Shown: in pieces, positions 26,068 through 40,300 of the stretch
Layout of the letters: the number at the start of each line of letters is the position of its first letter
How positions within the stretch are numbered: position 1 is the first letter of the stretch
Assembly: GCF_006345805.1 (NCBI RefSeq)
Contig: NC_042998.1
Span: forward strand, 118,606,001 to 118,670,000
Length of the DNA: 64,000 nt
From: Octopus sinensis
Lineage: Eukaryota
Direction: 5' to 3'
Translations under genes and position numbers: made by a program
The notes under the pieces: model-generated
Seen by the model: only the letters and a program-made list of their open reading frames with translations
What the model was told of the DNA's origin: nothing
The model's database searches: none

Positions 26068-27746
26068 TGTATGTATGTATGTGTGTATGTATGTATGTAT
26101 GTATGTATGTATGTACTACGTACGTACGTATGTATGTATATCGACCGGGAATTGACGACGAAGCGAGTAGTCCTATTGTATACCAACCTTGAAATAATAA
26201 TTGTCTATAAGAGGTAGATAGGTAGACTAAGATAGCTTTACATTTCTGTAATAGAATGAACATAATAGATATACACCATGAGAAATATACACGAAATCCT
26301 TGATAGTATAAATTCAGTTCATCTATGAAAGTTGTTCAATCGCTAAGAGTTCAAAGCGACCCATCAGATCTTTGATTCTATGGTTGTGTGTCTTGGCACT
26401 TCGCCTTTTGACTGTACGATGTCGATAATATATAAGCATCATAGAAAGTACCAGGACCGATATAATCGATGAACAACTTTAAATGCAAGAAAATGTTGGG
26501 TTTTCTCAAAGATTACTCGATAGATAGAATATCTACTACTTATATCAAGCATCAGTGTCTTATTAGATAAAAAGGAAATATCTCGTGTAATCCTCGGTAT
26601 ATTACTATGAATAACATAAAACGAGATGGATGCTGGTGTAGGTTTTTGAATATCGGTTTCCGTATATCCAGTAGAACTAAACAACAACAGCCCAACTTCA
26701 AATTGTCGATACTTAATCACTAAAATACAAACAAAGTTTAAAGAATAAAGTAATAATGGAAGATACAGTGTATAGAACACAACTTTATCCAATGAGATGT
26801 GACAAAATTCTTCTGTCAGTGTGTAAGCTTGTGGTGGGTTTCATATTAATTTAACAGTTGTCTTTACTTTTAGGTGTGGAAATTTGTTACTAACGTTTAT
26901 ACATATATTTATACCCGAATTATAATCAGAATCCGAGGAAATAGAATAAATACATATATCTGGGATAACTTTATGCAATAGAAATGGATTTACAGACAAT
27001 CTCTAACAAAATTCTCGAAGTTTCTTCCTAAATTGATAATCTGCTGTAGAGTAATAATAATATATTTGACTCTGTGGGGATATAAAACTGCTACACATGA
27101 ATCTAACAGCTCGATTTAGTGGGTTTCTTCTGTATTGTATGTAATAGAGAAGACCGCTGATGCAAATGAATTAACAGTGACAGGTTATTACTAGTGACTG
27201 CCAAACATTGCAATGTTTGCTGCATGCATGGAGTATAGGAAGAACAAAATTTATGCGATGTCTTAAAGCAACATTGAGCAATACCAAAAGAGAAATAAAA
27301 CACTTGTCGTAAAGATGTTACAACAGTTCCCAGAGCAATCGCTTCACAAGAAATAATTTCATTAAGGACTTATGTCGTTTTATTACCTCTGCATCTTCCT
27401 ATAAAGATTGCAGCATTCTCTCTAAATTGATATTAAAACAGAATTCTTTTACAGACAATGTCAGTATAGACACTTGAAATACAATTGGTATATAACACGA
27501 AATAGAAATCGTCGTTTTATATTGTAAGCTACACGGTACCGAAATAAAAGTTTTTCCATTTAAATGCGATACAGATCGATGAGTTAATTTTGTTATTCCA
27601 CTGAAATATTATCAGTTATTCTTACATACTCTCCTGAACATATACACTGAAGATAAACCTCATGATGATATTGATACACATTATATATAATATTCGTTCC
27701 AGATACGATATATCTTACTCAGATACTTAGAGCTGGTATACGCTCT

Positions 27747-28161
27747 CTCTTTTACTCTTTTACTTGTTTCAGTCATTTGACTGCGGCCATGCTGGAGCAC
27801 CGCCTTTAATCGAGCAACTCGACCCCGGGACTTATTCTTTTGTAAGCCAAGTACTTATTCTATCAGTCTCTTTTGACGAACCGCTAAGTAAAAGGGGACA
27901 TAAGCACACCAGCATCGGTTGTCAAGCAATGCTAGGGGGACAAACACAGACACACAAACACACACACAGACACACACATATATATATATATACATATATA
28001 CGACGGGCTTCTTTCAGTTTCCACCTACCAAATCTACTCACAAGGCTTTGGTCGGTCCGAGGCTATAGTAGAAGACACTTGCCCAATGTGCCACGCAGTG
28101 AGACTGAACCCAGAACCATGTGGTTGGTAAACAAGCTATTTACCACACAGCCACTCCTGCG
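27747..28161 (-). mobile_element. tRNA-derived SINE family A, full length with internal (CA)n(TA)n tract
   Basis: A box gtggctgtgtggtaa, B-box-like gggttcagtctca, central microsatellite and 3' tandem tail (aaaagagt)n. Confidence 0.9.
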
Positions 28162-28496
28162 GTATGAATATTTATTTTACATAAACTGTAAAATGCCATC
28201 CAAAAGGTTTTGTAATAATTAAGTTATTTTAAGGTTGTGGTTTTGTTGAATGGACTATGTGTGCAACAAAATACTTTGCCGTATCTTTTCGGTTGTTTAT
28301 ATTCTGAATTCAAGACATGCCGATGTCGACTTTGTCTTTCACCTTTCTGGAGTTGAAAAAGTACCAGTCAAGTGCAGAGGTGAATATAAATGATTATGCA
28401 CATCCCCCGTCTAAGATCTGTTTTTTGCAATCCTACTGAATTTATTCAGAATTGATCTTCTCAAAGAGTGATAGACGTAGACTATACAGTGGAATC

Positions 28497-28848
28497 TTCA
28501 TATAGCGATCTCATTCTCGCCCACAACATCATAAGCGGAAAGTGTAACCTCTCGAAAGAGCTGTTCTTCACTCCTGCTCCAGAGCGTCGGCTGCGGGGTC
28601 ATTCCGAAAAGCTCTACCTGCGATTTCATCTCAATCGAAGGAGAGGAGCTTTCTCCGTCCGGGTTGCGGATCCGTGGAACAAGCTGCCAGACGAGATGGT
28701 GAAGATGCCGACGACCGCTTTGTTCAAAGCCTCCCTGGACCTTAAGTGGCCTGAACTCTTTACATGAACACCACCCTGTACTTAACTCCATGTCCCCCTA
28801 AATGGCCTTGCTATTTGCTTTTGAGCCAAATTAACTAACTAACTAACT
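28497..28848 (+). mobile_element. 5'-truncated CR1-clade LINE 3' end
   Basis: RLRGHSEKL, FSVRVADPWNKLP and FKASLD, followed by a 3' UTR and (TAAC)n tail. Confidence 0.85.
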
Positions 28849-29076
28849 AGTATCATAAGGCATTCTGATATGCATTCCTTAACTAAGCTGCTAGAGACCT
28901 ATTACAACACATTACTCACTGTTCTACTTTACGCGTTAATACTTCTTTAATTTTAAAGTGCAAAATCATTCATTTAAATAAAATTAACACAACACTGTAA
29001 CGATATCGAACCTAAAATATGTCACATGTAATTAGCACTACAGCTTTGCAAATTTTCACCCGCACGGACGCACACG

Positions 29077-29111
<35 letters not shown>

Positions 29112-29120
29112 GCACGGACG

Positions 29121-29157
<37 letters not shown>

Positions 29158-29997
29158 CTAGGATTTATGCTATGCATTTGACGAAAGATCCAGTTAGTGA
29201 AACTTCTAAAGTATGATGCAAAAAAACTGTGTCTCGTCAAAATTTTTTATTTCCCTGAAATGACATATCAATTAGTCATAGCAGAAACTTGTAAAATCTT
29301 TGGATTTGCTGCTTTTTGTCTTTGACATTCATTTCTAATATAAGAAATACAGGTGGAGAGGAAATTCCAGTTTATTGAAGTTTGTAAAGCAATCGTTAGG
29401 TGTAGATTTTTGGCAAGAATTTATGGTATGAGGAAACAGACGAATTAAAGTGCAGATAAGACACTGGATATCAGTTGAGGTGTGGTAGAAGTAGTAACCT
29501 GTAACTCGAAGTGCAGACGAAAACAATCATTTCTTAATCAGTGTGTTCAGAAATTTGACACATTACGAGCTATGTCTAGAACAATTAATCAGGCATACTT
29601 TTATCGATTATGATAAAACCTTGTTGTGAATAATCTGGCAGAAACGGCCAAGAAGAGATCACATGCGATATATAGATGATTATCCGCCCATAAAACCTGA
29701 CGTAGATTCTGAACGAAAACCTAGGCAATAGTTTATATGTGTCTGTGGTTGTTAGATTAGATCATAATTGATAGCGGTCTTTCAAATGATTATCAGGAGT
29801 TTTGTGTGGGTTTTTGTAAACGTATTGTGACACACAAGGTTGTTGCATAGATGTGTGTAGCTTTACATTTTGGCTGTGAATATCCACATAAAAAATGTAT
29901 ATTGTATACATCCTTGGTACTTATGTGGATTTTTTGCTACCCTGGTAACTATTTATTTTTTCCATGTTATTTGTATACACTGAAAAAATACACATAC

Positions 29998-30052
<55 letters not shown>

Positions 30053-30053
30053 T

Positions 30054-30085
<32 letters not shown>

Positions 30086-30220
30086 AAGAGAATAGATAGA
30101 TAGATATATAGATACATACATACATGCATACATACATACATACATACATACATACATACATACATACATACATACATACATACATACATACATACATACA
30201 TACATAATACATACATACAT
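29998..30220. repeat. Compound (TA)n(GA)n(GATA)n(CATA)n microsatellite
   Basis: Direct runs. Confidence 0.95.
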
Positions 30221-30551
30221 AGGTTGTATTTCCTTCTCTAAATACAACACACATTTCTTATATGGATATTCATACCTTTGTATTACATGACACGTTTACA
30301 TAGCTAAAACATACACGGGAAAAAATTCCTGATAATCATTTTGAAAACCGCAATCATATATGTTCTAACCTAACAACCACACGCTTACATATAAGGTATT
30401 GATAATTTTTTTCATGCCTATGTGCATGTTCACTTCAGGTTTTACGGGAGGATAATCGTCTATAAACGCTCTCTTAATTTTTTTAGACATAGTGTCTAAT
30501 GAGTCAAAATACCTAACATGTACACGGATTCAGAACTGCTTGTTTGTGTGA

Positions 30552-30590
<39 letters not shown>

Positions 30591-31069
30591 TGCGTGTATG
30601 TGCATTTGTATGCATGCATGTATGTATGTACTTCAAAGCTTATGCTTCTAATCGTAATAAATTGTGTACGGTTGTTTGAAGGTGCCCTTTAGCCTACAAA
30701 AAATTCAAGTATTTTAAATTATCAATGCAAAACTTTTTCATGCATTCAAAATAACTAACTTTTTTTTCGATAAGACATCTATAAATTTACATATACACCG
30801 TATTCTATACATATGACTTTTCACGTGCATGAATAGTGTATTTGTTTGCATAAATTCCATAAGTATTCGACGCACTAAAGAAGAGTGTTATTTTATATTA
30901 CAAATACGCTTACAATTTGTGAGAGGTTTTATCTAGGGAAAAGCAAAACTGTATTTCGCACTCTCATTAAAAATTCTGATGTATCTACAAGTAGCTTTGC
31001 TGCTCTCTAGATGAAACATTGTATAAGTAGTGAGTAAACTTTAAAATACATACATACATATGAAGAGAC

Positions 31070-31560
31070 AAAAGAAGTTTGAGATCTGTGACGAGAGACT
31101 TCTAATAATCTCTCTCAGACAACACTTGCTAAACAGCAGCAAAATTGAATATATAAACTTATAGCTGGGAAACTGAAAGGAACAATAGTCTACGTGTTGT
31201 GAGCTCCACAGGAAACATTCCCTTCCCGCCAAGACTGCCGGACGGACATACGGCAAAGACCGGGATAAAAGATTATGTAAGGGTATGATTTCCAAAGTCA
31301 TGACGACAACAATAATATCGACATGAATAGAAGACTTTCTTGGACCCGTGACTCTTACATCACATTACAATTCGAGGCTATTCCATTTGAAACCCAAGGA
31401 CAGAAGATTTCTCCGAAATTCCTAATCAACAAAAGAGACAGTGAAGCTCTTGGTGCTCCAAGATACAATCGAAATTATAGATTGTCGTATTTCTGTGAAA
31501 TAAATCTCACATGCGATTAGCAGTTGCCCGAAAATGCTCAGTTATTAGCAGCAGTAGTAA
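31070..31560 (+). mobile_element. RLE-type LINE relic (same family as 46340-47370)
   Basis: LRQHLLNSSK and ITLQFEAIPFETQGQKISPKFLINKRD align with the translation of 46700-47100. Confidence 0.6.
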
Positions 31561-32289
31561 TCTAGTAGTATTCTCTATTTCCCTCTTTTCTTATAATATT
31601 TTCATACTCTATATACGTAATATACTAGCTACGTTTTTCTTTTATTTCCTATCTCCCATTTTCTTGGCTGTCTTCGCCTTTCTCTCCTCTTTCTCTCCGG
31701 TCATTATTTCGCTGAATCACAGATACTACATAGAATTATAAATTTTATTATAGATTCTAGTTTGAGAGATTGCGTTAGTGACACGTACCCAACTTTCTGT
31801 TTCTTCATTCGCCCACTCGGTTTATTTTTCTCGTGTTTATAGCATCTACTAAGCGTTTATTAGCTGAAATACTTCAATCTTTTTCCTTCGTGTTTTACAT
31901 CGGTTCTTTCTTTCCTTCATGTTTTACATCGGTCCTTTCTTTCCTTTGTGTCACTATCTAGAAATCAAAAAGCTTTGTATTAGGATGTAATCTAATTAGT
32001 TTCCCTTCCTTTTCGCTAACGCAACTTCAAAATTTATCATATATACAACATAACTGCATGGATAACATATACCATATAATTATTGAAGCGGTAAAGTTCA
32101 GCAATTAATTTAGAATATCGCTAGATCGAAGTATATAGGTGTTTGTAAAGAAACATTGAAATACAAACACACGTACACTGATATACACATATATGTATAC
32201 CTACATACAAGCAACCATACATACATGCACACACACACACATCTTTTTTTTTACCACGGCCTAAAATCCCCATAGGAAGGGGTAACCAC

Positions 32290-33610
32290 AACAAGACACA
32301 CACCAGGCATTCCATTCATTTCCCAGCTCAAAGAAGCGAGCCCCGTCCTATGCTTGGGTCAGGCGTAAAAGCAACCCCCGATATCAGCAGTAAGGCCTGA
32401 CAGCATATGCTGGTTTACCCCCGCCGAATCATGCTGGTTCCGTACCCCTTTGAGCAACATCAATTCACTCATCCGTCCACACTCTCCAAGCTTTCCTATC
32501 ACTAATAAGCTCTTGCTTCTTTCACTCCAACACCTCTAACCACCAAAGCTTTCCTCGTTCCATCCATTCACACAAACCGAGGTCTGACTGTAGTTTTGCT
32601 GTCTACCACCTCTACCTTCATCACTCTCCTTACCCCCCGCTACTCGTCCATCCTCTCCATGTAGCCAAACCACTATCTATTCTAGTACATAGATCACTCA
32701 TTCCTGCTCGCCTTCGCACCTCATCATTCCTCATCCTGCCCATACGGTTCACACCAACCATAGTCCTCAAACATCTCATCTCAAACACATCTAGCTGCCT
32801 ACTTTCCGCTTATCTCATACCCCACGTCTCTGCACTATATAACATTGTCGACACAATCACACCCTCATACACACCTCTTATCGCTTTCATACTCAACCTT
32901 TTGTCTCTCAGCATACCTTTCACAACTTCAAGTATCTTACACCCCTCCCTCACTCTATATCCCACCTTCTCAGCCACCACAATTCCCATCCACCGTCACA
33001 TGTGATCCAAGGTACTTCAAAACACTCACCTCTTCTAACATCTCACCATTTATACACACATCCATCCTACCAGCCATCCCATCTCTCGAACATCTCATCA
33101 CCTTACTCTTAGCTACATTTACTTTCAGTCTCCTACGCTCACACACTCATCCAAACTCTACCACAAGTCTCCTCAGTTGCTCTTCTGAATCTGCCACCAG
33201 TGCTGTATCATCAACAAACATCTCATTTACCTGCCATTTGTCTCCATTTTCTCCCACCATTTGAGTTCCCCTACCAACGTTTCTAGCATTCACATCTCAT
33301 TACACCATCCATGTATAAATTAAACAGCCACGGAGATATCACACAACCCTGTCTTAACCCCCAGCTTCACGTCAAGGCACACACTTACTTCACTATCCAC
33401 ACTAACACATTCCTTACTTTTTCCTATAGAAACTCTGTACAGCTCTCAAAACTTTACCATCTAGTTCGTACAACCGCAACACTCACCACATTGCATCCCT
33501 ATCCACACGGTCATATGCCTTCTCTAAGTCCATGAAGGCCTAATATACATTTCTCTCTTTTGCCAAAAACTTTTCACACATCTGCCCTACAACAAATATC
33601 TGATCTGCAC
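32290..33610 (-). mobile_element. RTE-like LINE, RT and 3' end
   Basis: AFMDLEKAYDRVDR, LFVDDTALVADSEEQLRRLVVEFG and CERRRLKVNVAKSK on the minus strand. Confidence 0.85.
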
Positions 33611-33757
33611 ACACACACACACACACACATAACTACATATATATAATCTTGACTGAAGATTAGAGGCTTCGAATAACCCGTCCGTTTTTTGTGTCGTCTA
33701 TTTGAATGTTTTGCGTTCTTGTCCCATTTTGTATTTTTATATATATTGATATATATA

Positions 33758-33791
<34 letters not shown>

Positions 33792-34853
33792 CATGGATGT
33801 TTATTAAATATTTGTTATCAATTGTTGCATACATCAGTCACGCAACAAATATATGTTTATGTATGTGAATATGTACGTGTGTGTGTGTTTGTGTGTGTTT
33901 GTATGTGTGTGTGTACATACATGCATATAACTTAAATAGCTATTGAACATCAGCCATATTTAAATGGGATATAATATTCGCAGGATTCTCAGCTGGTGTG
34001 ATCAAATTAAAATTCTTTCGACTGAGAGTAAGGCATGGATCATGGAATCAATGTACCCTGTAAATACTGCATACACAAACACACACACACACAAATAAAC
34101 ACAAAAACACACGCGCGCACACAAGGTATTCAAACGCATAAATTTAGTCAAACATTCGCATCAAAATGTAGCCATACACAAATAAATATATTCGTGCATA
34201 CTGATGTATACAGACAATCGGATTGTAACCAAATAGATACACACATATATGTGTGCGTGCAATAATGAAGCGATATAAGTGTGTTGCTTTTCGTATGTGT
34301 GTCTTTGCAGTTCAGTAAAAGATTCTGTGGTTTCTATAGTGTCAAATACACAACGTAGTCTCATTCGTGCAAGGAACTATCTGCGAACTTTCTATGTCGT
34401 ACAGTGCCCAAGAGAGCATCACAAGAATTTGGCTTTATTCAGTATGACATATGGAGTTGATAGACTTGCTTATATCCCCATGAGAATTTGCTGCAGGGAA
34501 ACGTAAATGTTGATTCAGATGACTTTGTTATATTCCATGTCAGCTGAAATATTTATTGTCCTTTTTTTTTTCAAACATTCTCTTTAATCATATATTGTCT
34601 TACATTAATGAGAAATGTTGTCTCAAAGCTTTTAGAAAACAGAAAACAATATTTCTCTATGAAACCTCAAGCTTGCAGAAATTAGAAATGCATATATACA
34701 TGCACAGGTAAACACATGTTCACACACACAAGCACACATACTCACTGGTAAACACTTTAAATATTTAATTGAATATATATTTATATATACAAATATATGT
34801 GTGTGTGTATGTATGTGTGTAGATAGATGCATAGATAGATAGATAAATAGATG

Positions 34854-34922
<69 letters not shown>

Positions 34923-35364
34923 TAAGATAGATACGTGAATATGTCTGTGTATGCATGTGCATACATATATGCATACATACAAACATATAACATATTTACA
35001 TATATATATGTAAGCTTGCATAAATTATATTTTCGATATATGGTATTATAGCACCAATAACAAGAAGACTTAGTGTGTTTGAGTTTGGTATTTTTTAGTG
35101 AAAATGTCAATGTTTCACAAAAGACTAACAATTCAAGGAATTAATTGATTGGTTGATTAAATAATTAGTCTATTTTAAAGAAAAACGCAACGTGCGTAAT
35201 TAATTATATCAACATTCTTTTCTTTTCAAAATATATGTTTCAACACATGACTTTACTTTAAGGTTCTCGTGCGACAAAGCTCGTGGAAAATCGATATATG
35301 TGAGTTATATAAGCGTGTGCATGCATGTGTGTATGTATATATGTATGTATGTATGTATCTATAT

Positions 35365-35500
35365 ATCCGCGTGTATACCGTTGGCGATTTTTTCCCTCCT
35401 TCTTTCTTTCCTTTCCTGAGCGTCCAATAACACTATACTTATTCCACGTTCTCTCGTTGTTATGTTTCTCTTTGTGTTTTCATGTTTGGATTAACGATAT
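35365..35500 (+). mobile_element. Deleted copy of the 6845-7102 pseudo-LTR family
   Basis: gtgtataccgttggcgattttttt is joined to ttcctttcctgagcgtccaataa; the hammerhead interval is absent. Confidence 0.7.
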
Positions 35501-35512
35501 ATATATATATAT

Positions 35513-35584
<72 letters not shown>

Positions 35585-35780
35585 ACTAAGCCCTTTTATA
35601 TAATGTAATAATTTGAATTTGCCTTAAATGGTCCCTTTGCATACTATATATATATATATATTATACTCCCTCACCTTACTTAGCGGTCATTCTCATAGCT
35701 CTTTTGCCTTAATAACGGTCAATCACTCAGTAATTTCCCTTTGTTTAACAATCAATTTCATAGCATTTGTTTGATGGCTC

Positions 35781-35867
35781 GAAAACTGAAGAGATGCCGG
35801 GGTGGGTTGCCGACATGGGATGCCGGTGTGGGTTTCCACCACGGCATCCGAAACTCAGAGCTTTATC
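35781..35867 (+). ncRNA. Degenerate hammerhead-like motif
   Basis: CTGAAGA 35786-35792, gatgccg/cggcatc stem II with a duplicated 5' strand, CGAAA, then CTCAGAG-CT; U16.1 appears to be replaced by C. Confidence 0.45.
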
Positions 35868-35909
35868 ATGGCTACCGAATAATTGTCACACACACACACA
35901 CACACATAC

Positions 35910-35965
<56 letters not shown>

Positions 35966-36059
35966 TATTTTACTTATTTCAGTCATTTGACAACGGCCAT
36001 AGTGGAGCACACACACACACATATATATATATATATAATATATATATATAGTGTAAAGT

Positions 36060-36345
36060 CTCCTTTTGTTCACTCATGACCAAGAGAGTGCATGTTGAAC
36101 GTTCCCCTCCGAGGATGGAATACTGGGCAAGGCTATTTTCAGAAGACTAGATGTCGTGCATGTATATTAGCTTCACCTCTCTATGCTACCGATGTTGCCC
36201 AAACGAAGCGCAAAGGTGGTGACTGAGTGAATTGGAGTAACGTAAAATAGAGTGTCATGTTCAAGAACACAGCATACAACCTGATCCATGAATCGAACTC
36301 ACAACCTCACGATTGAATGCTAGACGCCCAAACCACTGGGCCATG
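36060..36345 (-). mobile_element. tRNA-derived SINE family C
   Basis: Reverse strand catggcccagtggtt...gagttcgattc (A and B boxes), then gtgttcttgaacatgacactctattttacgttactcc as in 48112-48345. Confidence 0.7.
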
Positions 36346-36928
36346 GTAAGAGTTAGTGTAGCACTGCAGTGTGTTGACATTCACCATGCATACATACATA
36401 CATATATGTGTTATATTATAGCACTAATAAAAGCTGATCTAGTGTGTTTCAGCTTTGTATTTGTTACTGAAAATTCTGTGTGTGTGAGTGTGTGTATTTA
36501 CGTTTCTGTGCGTGTGTGTGTGTGTATGTGTGTGTACATCATGTAGTCGAAAGCTATGCCGGTGCTTTAATCTTCTTTTCTCTTTTTGCTCCTTTTTCTG
36601 ATTCTCTGACAATGTCACTCGTTTTACCTTTTTCTCTTTTTGCTGTACACTTCACTATACCCTACTTGTCATGGTAATTTTATGCACGCGCGTGCGGATG
36701 TTTTTATATTCTTTCGACTATATTCTGAATTTTTGCCTACATGCTGTAACCTCTCACATTGCCCAAATATACGTCTCTGATTTCTCTCATTTCCTTTGTG
36801 CTATTTTAGCTACCTACCTATCTACATCCATTCATATATACATAGATACACACACAATCATAAACGCACACAAATACATATATATTTATATATACATATG
36901 TATACATATATGTATGTAGGTAAGTATC

Positions 36929-36983
<55 letters not shown>

Positions 36984-38529
36984 GTATCTATCTATGCATA
37001 CAAGTATGTATGTGTATATATAATGTACTGTTCGGTGATGGTAAGATCAACAAACTGGTACTCCATCTGGTGAGAGATAAATATTATATATCTTCATACC
37101 TACTTATACATTAACATATATACTTACATATCAGTGTGTATGTGGGTGTAAGGATATATATATGTATGTAGTTATAGGCGCAAGAGTGGCTCTGTGGTAA
37201 GAAGCTTGCTTCTCCTGTTTCCGCTTCCGGTTGTGTCAGTGCAGAAGTCGCCTCACTGGTGTACAGGTGGCGAAATATTGATTGGAAAAGAAGCTCAACT
37301 GCATGGTAAGACTTTTGTTTTTTCGGTCCAGTAGGGTTTTGTTGTTTGCTGTATTATTTTTTGTACAAACAAGAAATCCTCACTGGATTCTGGACTCTGG
37401 TCTGCCTACAGTTGGGCAAAATTGTTCACTTTCAAGTAAATTTTTTGGGATATTCTACTGCTATAAAGTGTGGAATTTTTTGCTGCTGTAAAAAAATTTT
37501 CTTCGTTGTGTAATTAGCATTTAATAGTAAATTCTTTTTTGTTCCTGCTACTGGGTTCCCGATTCAACTGGAGTACCTCTTTTGGGCCAGAAGTACCGGT
37601 TGGCCGGAATTTAATCTTTTGAAGAAGCTGTTGCAGTGATTTGAACTATCACAGTGCAAAGAACTGTCGTAGTGTTGAACTGTTTTTTTTTTTCGAGGAA
37701 GAAGGTGAGTAACAATGGGTGCTCATCGAAGAATCCTGGGGACGAGAGAGGGAAGGCGGATCTCCCGGTCACGGAGGAAACACGCCGTTCTCCAGTTAAA
37801 AGGGGGGAAAGGGGAAGAAAAGGAGAAATGGGACATTGCCGGCAGTTGGTAACACAATACCGGAATATCCCGGATCTTTGTTGGTGGGAATCGTGCCACC
37901 GACGGTAGAAGTGAATACCTCGCCACCTGAAGAAGAAGAATTACTTGTTTTCTCCCACAGGAGCGGAGACGTGGGGAAGAGGTTGAAGCACCATTAAGGA
38001 GCAATTATGACCTGCACACGGGATTTCGAATGGCCTCCGCAGATAGCTGTGGAGGTTATAACGTTGCCCGTGTTGCAAAGGCTGAAAAAGCGCAATGAGG
38101 AATATCGCCTGTGGCCGGGCGGTCCTGACAAGTCACCCACTTTGTGCTTGAGTGAGGCGTAGGGAATGGAGGGTGCAGTGTTACAAGCGATACTTAAGAG
38201 GACTATGGGTAAGAGGTTGGAAAGCCTCAATATTGTGAACTGATAAGAGGTTTGAAAACTCATTCTGTTTTTAAGCAAGGTATGAGGCGTAGTGCCTCAT
38301 TTTTTGTGCTTTAATGAACAATTATGAACAATTGTAAGAGGTTTATTGTCTCATGTATGATAAATAAGAGAACAATATTTTCGGGAAACAACAATCGGCG
38401 AGCGTTGTCTGTTTCCCCCATTAATCATCATTTTCACTTTTCATCTCATATAAAAGGATGACTGTGCCCAACCTGCAGCTTCTTTCTTTGTCTATGTAAG
38501 GCCATTATAGCCAATTTAATGAAATAAAA

Positions 38530-39181
38530 AGTTTGTTTTCCAATCACATGGTTCCGGGTTCAGTTCCAGTGCGTGTCACCTTCGGCAAGTGTATTCTACT
38601 ATATCCTTGAGCCGACCAAAGCCTTGTGAGTGGATTTGGTACATAGAAACTAAAAAAAGTCCAACATACCAATGAGATACGCGAGCAAAATTGTATGATT
38701 ACAACTATATTCAACCTTTCCTTTTTTTCTCTCTATGGTCATCTTTATTTGTTCTTCACTCCGATGAAACTCCATGTTTCAGATCGTTTTATTTTTCAAC
38801 AAATATGATAAATATTTTTAGTATATCAATGGCAATACCATACAACATTGGAAGCAGAAAGAGGTGTTAGATTGAATGTAGTCTATTTGTATTGAATTAA
38901 TTTAATAAATAACAATTCATGTAAGACAATTGTTGTTCGTCAATATTTCTCCATTTTTGTTTTTTTTTTCACATAAATATATGTGTGTGTGTGTATAGTT
39001 GTGTGTCTATGTTTGGTCCCCCCACCATCGCTTGACAACCAATGCTGGTGTGCTTACGTCCCCGTAACTTAGCGGTTCGGCAAAAGGGACCAAATGAATA
39101 AGTACTAGGCTTACAAAGAATAAATACTGGGGTCGATTTGTTCGACTAAATGTGCGTATCCAGCATAGCCGCAGTCAAATG
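38530..39181 (+). mobile_element. SINE family A split into head (38530-38665) and tail (39000-39181) by intervening sequence
   Basis: Both halves match family A in the same orientation. Confidence 0.65.
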
Positions 39182-39191
39182 TGTGTATATG

Positions 39192-39239
<48 letters not shown>

Positions 39240-39242
39240 TAT

Positions 39243-39482
39243 TACTCTTTACTCTTTTACCTGTTTCAGTCATTTGACTGCGGCCATGCTGGAGCACCGC
39301 CTTTAGTCGAGCAAATCGACCCGAGGACTTATTCTTTGTAAGCCCAGTACTTATTCTATCGTTCTCTTTTGCCTCATACATGAGGCTATAAACCTCTTAC
39401 AATTGTTCATAAACACACCAGCATCGGTTGTCAAGCAATGCTAAGGGGACAAACACAGACACACAAACATATACACACGCAT

Positions 39483-39526
<44 letters not shown>

Positions 39527-39715
39527 AAATATATATATATATATATACATATATACGACAGGCTCTTTCAGTTTCCGACTACCAAATCTACTCAAAAGCC
39601 ATAGGTCGGCCAGGGGGAGTTGCCCAAGACAGTTGCCCAACATGCCACGTAGTGGGACTGAACACAGAACCGTGTGGTTGGTAAGCAAGCTACTTACCAC
39701 ACAGCCACTCCTGCG

Positions 39716-39718
<3 letters not shown>
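39243..39718 (-). mobile_element. SINE family A, full length, with a foreign 41-nt segment
   Basis: Collinear with 27747-28161 except at 39371-39411. Confidence 0.9.
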
Positions 39719-39781
<63 letters not shown>

Positions 39782-39796
39782 ATATATATATTATAA

Positions 39797-40010
39797 ATAT
39801 TCTTTCCTAATCTAGGCACAGGCCCGAAATTTGGGTGTTGAAGGGGCCAGTCGAATAGATTGACTCCAGTGCGCAACTGGCACCTAGTGAACCCGAAAGG
39901 GTGAAAGGTAAAGTCGACTTCGGTGGAATTTGAATTCAGATGTAAAGACAGACGAAATACTGCTAAGCATTTCGCCCGGCATGGTAAAATTTCTGCCAGC
40001 TCGTTGCCTT
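39797..40010 (-). mobile_element. SINE family B, full length
   Basis: Reverse-complement homologue of 8309-8522. Confidence 0.85.
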
Positions 40011-40226
40011 ATAAATTATATATATTATTATATATATTATATATATTATATATTATATATATTATAATAGTATTATTTTCCAGCTAAATAAAGTACCGTA
40101 AAGGTAGAATAATAATTAGGAAATAGTGGCACAGCAAGGCACTCTACATAACGTCGTACGGTTATCGCCTGCTATTTCCGGCAAAAATTGGTACCTTGTT
40201 GTGCTATTATTTCCTATTTACATATG

Positions 40227-40300
<74 letters not shown>

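Noticed and set aside
26430-26800. DAGVGF-like peptide suggestive of a LINE APE endonuclease
   Set aside because: One short motif among stops; not enough to call.
33650-33775. CTGAAGA...CGAATA followed by a pyrimidine-rich tail and (TA)n
   Set aside because: GAAA is mutated and stems are unconvincing; possibly a pLTR remnant, but not supportable as a ribozyme.
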